Origin: Longimicrobiales bacterium
Lineage (GTDB): Bacteria; Gemmatimonadota; Gemmatimonadetes; Longimicrobiales; Gaopeijiaceae
DNA: 64,000 nt
Assembly: GCA_965202805.1 (NCBI GenBank)
Contig: OZ241869.1
Coordinates: 2,400,001 to 2,464,000, forward strand
Direction of reading: 5' to 3'
The position numbers and the translations under genes were made by a program. Under the pieces are notes generated by a model, which saw only the letters and a list, made by a program, of their open reading frames with translations, made no database searches and had not been told where the DNA came from. Positions 59,993-64,000 of the stretch are shown here, in pieces; position 1 is the first letter of the stretch; each line of letters opens with the position of its first letter.

Positions 59993-60724
59993 ATGTCCGG
60001 TTCGCCCGCGGATGGCGTCGGCGCCTGGTGGGCCCGCGGTTTGCTGTTCGAGAGCTGCAACTGCCAGGTGGTCTGTCCGGGCCACGTACACTTCAGCCAG
60101 AACTGCACCCACGAGCGCTGCGTCGGCTACTGGGCCCTCCGCTTCGACGAGGGCCGGTTCGGTGACACGCGTCTCGACGGCGTGCGCGCGGTGGTCGCCT
60201 TCGAGTGTCCGCAGCTGATGATCGCGGGAGATTGGACCGAGGTGTTGCTGATCGACCAGGAGGCGTCGCCGGATCAGCGCACGGCCGTGGAAGCCATCCT
60301 GCGCGGCGATGCGGGCGGGCCCTGGGAGGTGCTCGCGCGCTTCGTCTCCGAATGGCTGCCCACGCGTTTCGTCCCCATCCATATCGAGGACGAGGGCAAG
60401 GTGAAGCGGGTGCGCGTGGGACCGCAAACGCAAGGCTCCGGGTCCGGGATGGAGGCTGCCGCGGCGCGGGCTGACGGGCCCGGCTCACCGGCGGGCGAAT
60501 CGGTCTCGCTCCTTGAGGCGTCCGTCGAGGATATTCGGGGATGGGACCGGGATCTTCCCGTCACGTTCCAGAACATGTTCAACCAGATCCACGCTTCCAC
60601 GCAGACCGTCGCCTGGGGCGAGACCCGCGGCGACATCGGCGGCATCCGACTGCGCAACCAGGGGACGCACGGCCTGCACTCGCGTTTCGAGTGGCGGGTG
60701 GGTAAACCGAAGGAGAGGAATTGA
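59993..60724 (+). CDS. DUF1326 domain protein
   Basis: W...G..FESCNC...CP, G.FG...LDG, M..G.W...L.ID..A...QR.A...I..G..GG; start uncertain. Confidence 0.8.
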   Translation: MSGSPADGVGAWWARGLLFESCNCQVVCPGHVHFSQNCTHERCVGYWALRFDEGRFGDTRLDGVRAVVAFECPQLMIAGDWTEVLLIDQEASPDQRTAVEAILRGDAGGPWEVLARFVSEWLPTRFVPIHIEDEGKVKRVRVGPQTQGSGSGMEAAAARADGPGSPAGESVSLLEASVEDIRGWDRDLPVTFQNMFNQIHASTQTVAWGETRGDIGGIRLRNQGTHGLHSRFEWRVGKPKERN

Positions 60725-60843
60725 TGCTTCACCCACGTGATCATCACGTGCCGGCGTTCGAGTATCCGGAACCGTATCACGCGGAGGTCATCCGGTTTCT
60801 GCTGTCGGATCCCAACGAGCCTGCGGATCAGGGGTGGCGGTAG
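60724..60843 (+). pseudogene. Probable C-terminal remnant of an alpha/beta hydrolase
   Basis: HVPAFEYPEPYHAEVIRFL resembles the catalytic-His terminal motif H.P..E.P..(F/Y)...V..FL; no N-terminal part is present. Confidence 0.5.
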
Positions 60844-60859
60844 GAGGGGAGAGACCTGG

Positions 60860-61195
60860 CTACTGCAGCAGGACCCCGCCGATCGCGCCGGCGATCCACT
60901 GGTTGAGGCTCTTCCCCTCGGCGGCGGCCGCAGCCGCGGCGCTCGCGTGCAGATCCGGCGACATGCGCAGATGGAACTTCCCCGAGTACGACCTCCGGGG
61001 CTCGACGCCGTCCTCCTCGCACATCTCAAGAAACACCTTGAGCGAAGTGGCTCCCTCCCGCCTGAGACCGGCGACGTCGGGGGCGTAGAAGTCCGCTCCG
61101 CCGTTCAGGCCGATGAATTCGCCGCGGAACATGTCGATGTCGGGGTCGAACTGAATGACGGCCCTGTAGCCGTCGATCTCCATGGTGTTCTTCAC
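60860..61195 (-). CDS. hicB: HicB family antitoxin
   Basis: GY.A.I.FDP....FRGE.IGLNGGADFY, G..SL..FLE.C...G.EP...YSGKF.LR....LH, SLNQW. Confidence 0.92.
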   Translation of the reverse strand: MKNTMEIDGYRAVIQFDPDIDMFRGEFIGLNGGADFYAPDVAGLRREGATSLKVFLEMCEEDGVEPRRSYSGKFHLRMSPDLHASAAAAAAAEGKSLNQWIAGAIGGVLLQ

Positions 61196-61355
61196 GGCTC
61201 TACTCCATTCCTCCGCAGCCAGTCCCGGATGCTGGCGACCGCCCCGGCATCGGTGCTCGGTCCACCAGCAAGGCCTCGATTCTCCGCCACGGTATGTTGC
61301 CGCTCACCGGGTGGCGGAAGATCGACTCCAAGGTTTTGCGGTGCCTGCGCTTCAT
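61192..61355 (-). pseudogene. hicA: HicA toxin with an internal deletion and frameshift
   Basis: MKRRHRKTLESIFRHPVSGNIPWRRIEALLV joins out of frame at 61261/61260 to PSTDAGAVASIRDWLRRNGVEP*, whose stop overlaps the hicB GTG. Confidence 0.85.
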
Positions 61356-61360
61356 GAAGT

Positions 61361-61389
61361 ATGATATCGTGTTATGATACCGTTATCAA
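61361..61389 (-). promoter_or_regulatory. Sigma70-like leaderless promoter of hicAB with an overlapping operator
   Basis: TTGATA-N17-TATCAT-N5-ATG; TGATA-ccgt-TATCA inverted repeat over the -35. Confidence 0.65.
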
Positions 61390-61466
61390 TCACCACTTAC
61401 GTAGAGCACCGGTTGCGTCACCTCCTTCGGTACGTCCCGTGATATGAGGCGAACGCTCATGGATCC

Positions 61467-62102
61467 ATGCCGGTGTTGAACTCATCCTTCCTCCTCGCCG
61501 CGTCGATGTGGTTCGGGATGATGGCCGCCATGATGCTGCCGGTGTCGATCCCGTGGGTGCGGGCGTTGATTTCGTTGAGCGACGGAGGCGGAGGCGTCCG
61601 AGCCGGGGTGCCGTCGGCACGGGAGCCGTGGGCCCGCGTCCGATCAGGGGCGCTGTTCCTGGCGGGCTACCTGTCGGTATGGCTGCTCTTCAGCCTGGCT
61701 GCGGCTACGGTGCAGCTGGGGACAGCGGCGGTCGTCCCGCTCGACCGCGATGGGCCGCTCGCGGGGTTCCTGCTGGTGGGCGCCGGCCTCTACCAGCTCT
61801 CACCGGTGAAGGCAGCCTGCCTGCGCCACTGCCGCAACCCGCTGACGTACTTCCTGACCCGCTGGCGGGACGGTCCGCGGGGGGCACTGGGGATGGGGTG
61901 GGGGCACGGCCTCTACTGCCTGGGTTGCTGCTGGGCACTCATGGCGCTGGCCCTCGTGCTGGGCGTGATGAACCTGCTCTGGATGGCCGTGCTGGCGGCG
62001 GTGGTGTGCGTCGAAAACCTCGCGCCGGGCGGGGCGGTGATCGGCCGGATCGCCGGGGTGGGGCTGGTGGTGTGGGGAGTGGTGGTGTGGGTGACCCCCT
62101 AA
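61467..62102 (+). CDS. DUF2182 predicted metal-binding membrane protein
   Basis: MW..MM.AMMLP, F.AGYL.VW, GLYQ.SP.K.ACL.HCR.P, YCLGCCWALM, GVMN..WM. Confidence 0.92.
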   Translation: MPVLNSSFLLAASMWFGMMAAMMLPVSIPWVRALISLSDGGGGVRAGVPSAREPWARVRSGALFLAGYLSVWLLFSLAAATVQLGTAAVVPLDRDGPLAGFLLVGAGLYQLSPVKAACLRHCRNPLTYFLTRWRDGPRGALGMGWGHGLYCLGCCWALMALALVLGVMNLLWMAVLAAVVCVENLAPGGAVIGRIAGVGLVVWGVVVWVTP

Positions 62103-64000
62103 GCCAGCAGCGACACCACCCGGTAGGTCACGAACGCCGCCGCCCACGCCAGCACCGTCATGTAGCCGAACTGGAGGGCCGGCCACTTCCAGCTCCCGGT
62201 CTCGCGCCGGGTCACGACGTTGGTGGGGAGGCACTGCATCGCAAGCACGAAGAAGACCAGCAGGGCCATCGCCGTCGCGGTGGTGAACACCGGGCTGCCG
62301 TCGGCGTGGCGCTGGGCGGCCAGGGTCGCGCTCAGAGTCTCTTCGTCCTCGGCGGCGTCCTCCCCGATGCCGTAGACGATGGCGAGCGTGGCGACGATGA
62401 CCTCGCGGGCGGCGAACGACGAGATGACCCCCACGTTGATCTTCCAGTCGAAGCCGAGGGGCGAGAACACGGGCTCCACCGCCTTGCCCACCCGCCCGGC
62501 CACCGAGTACTCCAGCTCGTAGGGCGAAATCAGCGCGCCCGCCTCCGCCTCCAGCGCCTCGGCCTCGGCCTCGCTGGCCGCAGTGGTCGCCGCGGTACGC
62601 AGACCCGCCACCTGGGCGATCGTCTCGGCCGGAACGACCGTGCTCCACGCGGATTCCTCCAGCTTGGGATAGGTCGCGAGCACCCAGAGCACGACCGAGA
62701 TCCCGAGGATGATGGTGCCCGCGCGCGTTACGAAGGCCCGGCCGCGATCGTACGCGGTCAACAGGGCGTTGCGCAGCGACGGCAACCGGTAGCGCGGCAG
62801 CTCGATGACCAGCGGGCTGGACGCGCCCGGGAGGATGGTGCTCTTGAAGACGAAGGCCATCCCGACCGCGGCGGTCATGCCCAGCAGGTAGGCGCCCGTG
62901 AACACCAGGCCGCCCACCACGGGGCGATCCGCGAAGAGCAGCGCCGTGATCATCACGTAGACCGGAAGGCGCGCGGTGCAGGTGAGCAGCGGGATCACCA
63001 GGATCGACACCAGGCGGTCGCGCCAGTTCTCGATCACCCGCGTGGACATGATCGCCGGGATCGCGCACGCGTGCGCCGAGAGCATGGGCACGAACGCGCG
63101 GCCCGGCAGCCCGACCCGGCTCATGGGGCGGTCGGCCACGAATGCGGCCCGCGCCAGATAGCCGCTGTCCTCCAGAAGCGTGATCAGGAAGAAGAGGAAG
63201 CAGATCTGCGGCAGGAAGACCAGCACCCCGCCGATCCCGCCGATCAGCCCGTTCACGACGAAGCTGTTCAGGTCTCCCGGGGGCAGAATGGCGCCGAACA
63301 CATCCCCGGCGAGGCCGAAGCCGGCCTCGATCCACGCCATCGGATACTGCGCCACCGTGAAGATCGAGATGAAGACGGCCGCCATGATGAGCACGAAACC
63401 GGCCACCCCGTGGATCGGATGGGTCAGCCAGCGATCGATGGCCTCGGTAAGGCGCAGCGACATCAGGCGGGCACCCTTCGCCGCCCGAACCGCCCGCGCG
63501 CCCACCTCTTCCGCCCAGTCGTAGCGCGCCTCGTGCGGGCAGGTCGTGCACGTGCCGCACGCCGCGATGCCTTCCGGGAGCGCCGGCATCGCGTCCGGCC
63601 CCGAATCCAGCACGTAGGCGAGCTCCCGCTTGAGCAGATCGAAGCCGTGTCCCGAGCGCGAATTGACGGCAACCACGGGCGAGCCGAGCTCGACCGCCAG
63701 CGAATCGGTGTCGATCTCCAGGCCGTCCGCCCTGGCCAGGTCGATCATGTTGAGGGCGATGACCATGGGTACGCCCAGCTCCCGCACCTGTCCCGCCAGG
63801 TAGAGGTTGCGGGCGAGGTTGGTGGCGTCGACCACGACGATGGCCGCCTGCGGCCTGGGGCGTCCGGAGAGCTTCCCCAGGAGGGCGTCCCGCGCCACGC
63901 GCTCCTCGGTCTTGTGCTCGGACATCGCGTAGAGGCCCGGCAGGTCGAGGAGCTGGATTGACTTCCCGTTCAGCGGAAAGCTGCCCAGCCGCACGGAGGT
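62099..64000 (-). CDS. feoB: Ferrous iron transporter B (partial; 5' end off the window)
   Basis: G3 DLPGLY, VVDATNL.RNL, G4 NMID, LEDSGYLARAAF, CAIPAIM.TR, C.ARLPVY, SF.AREV, AMQC. Confidence 0.93.
   Translation of the reverse strand, partial: TSVRLGSFPLNGKSIQLLDLPGLYAMSEHKTEERVARDALLGKLSGRPRPQAAIVVVDATNLARNLYLAGQVRELGVPMVIALNMIDLARADGLEIDTDSLAVELGSPVVAVNSRSGHGFDLLKRELAYVLDSGPDAMPALPEGIAACGTCTTCPHEARYDWAEEVGARAVRAAKGARLMSLRLTEAIDRWLTHPIHGVAGFVLIMAAVFISIFTVAQYPMAWIEAGFGLAGDVFGAILPPGDLNSFVVNGLIGGIGGVLVFLPQICFLFFLITLLEDSGYLARAAFVADRPMSRVGLPGRAFVPMLSAHACAIPAIMSTRVIENWRDRLVSILVIPLLTCTARLPVYVMITALLFADRPVVGGLVFTGAYLLGMTAAVGMAFVFKSTILPGASSPLVIELPRYRLPSLRNALLTAYDRGRAFVTRAGTIILGISVVLWVLATYPKLEESAWSTVVPAETIAQVAGLRTAATTAASEAEAEALEAEAGALISPYELEYSVAGRVGKAVEPVFSPLGFDWKINVGVISSFAAREVIVATLAIVYGIGEDAAEDEETLSATLAAQRHADGSPVFTTATAMALLVFFVLAMQCLPTNVVTRRETGSWKWPALQFGYMTVLAWAAAFVTYRVVSLLA

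Overview
High-GC, gene-dense bacterial chromosome segment. The secreted and lipoprotein repertoire (CarboxypepD_reg-like, NHL, FG-GAP, cadherin-like, 6-bladed propellers) suggests Gemmatimonadota, possibly host- or sponge-associated; this is inference only. In order, the window holds: a partial creatininase-family gene; qor; four tandem secreted paralogues that look like TonB-receptor N-domain plus plug with no barrel; a complete moxR-DUF58-batABCDE operon; a split xdhC; a Phd/VapC toxin-antitoxin pair; a long minus-strand run of form II-type coxSLM, coxD, two envelope genes, coxE, a TonB-dependent receptor and three beta-propeller lipoproteins; DUF1028; a LolA-like/ABC export operon; a TPR-DUF4159-(cytochrome c-PQQ dehydrogenase) unit converging on cytochrome c, a TonB receptor and a channel-like gene; a DedA-like gene and sirtuin; two cadherin-like lipoproteins; a deacetylase, amidase and glycosylasparaginase; DUF1326 and DUF2182 separated by a decayed hicAB module; and a partial feoB. 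I saw no rRNA, tRNA, CRISPR array, integrase or transposase. The best candidates for undescribed systems are the barrel-less plug array with a variable Cys-bounded loop, the PQQ/cytochrome c/TonB receptor/channel cluster, and the cox operon coupled to an outer-membrane uptake module. All calls come from reading motifs by eye; no searches were run.
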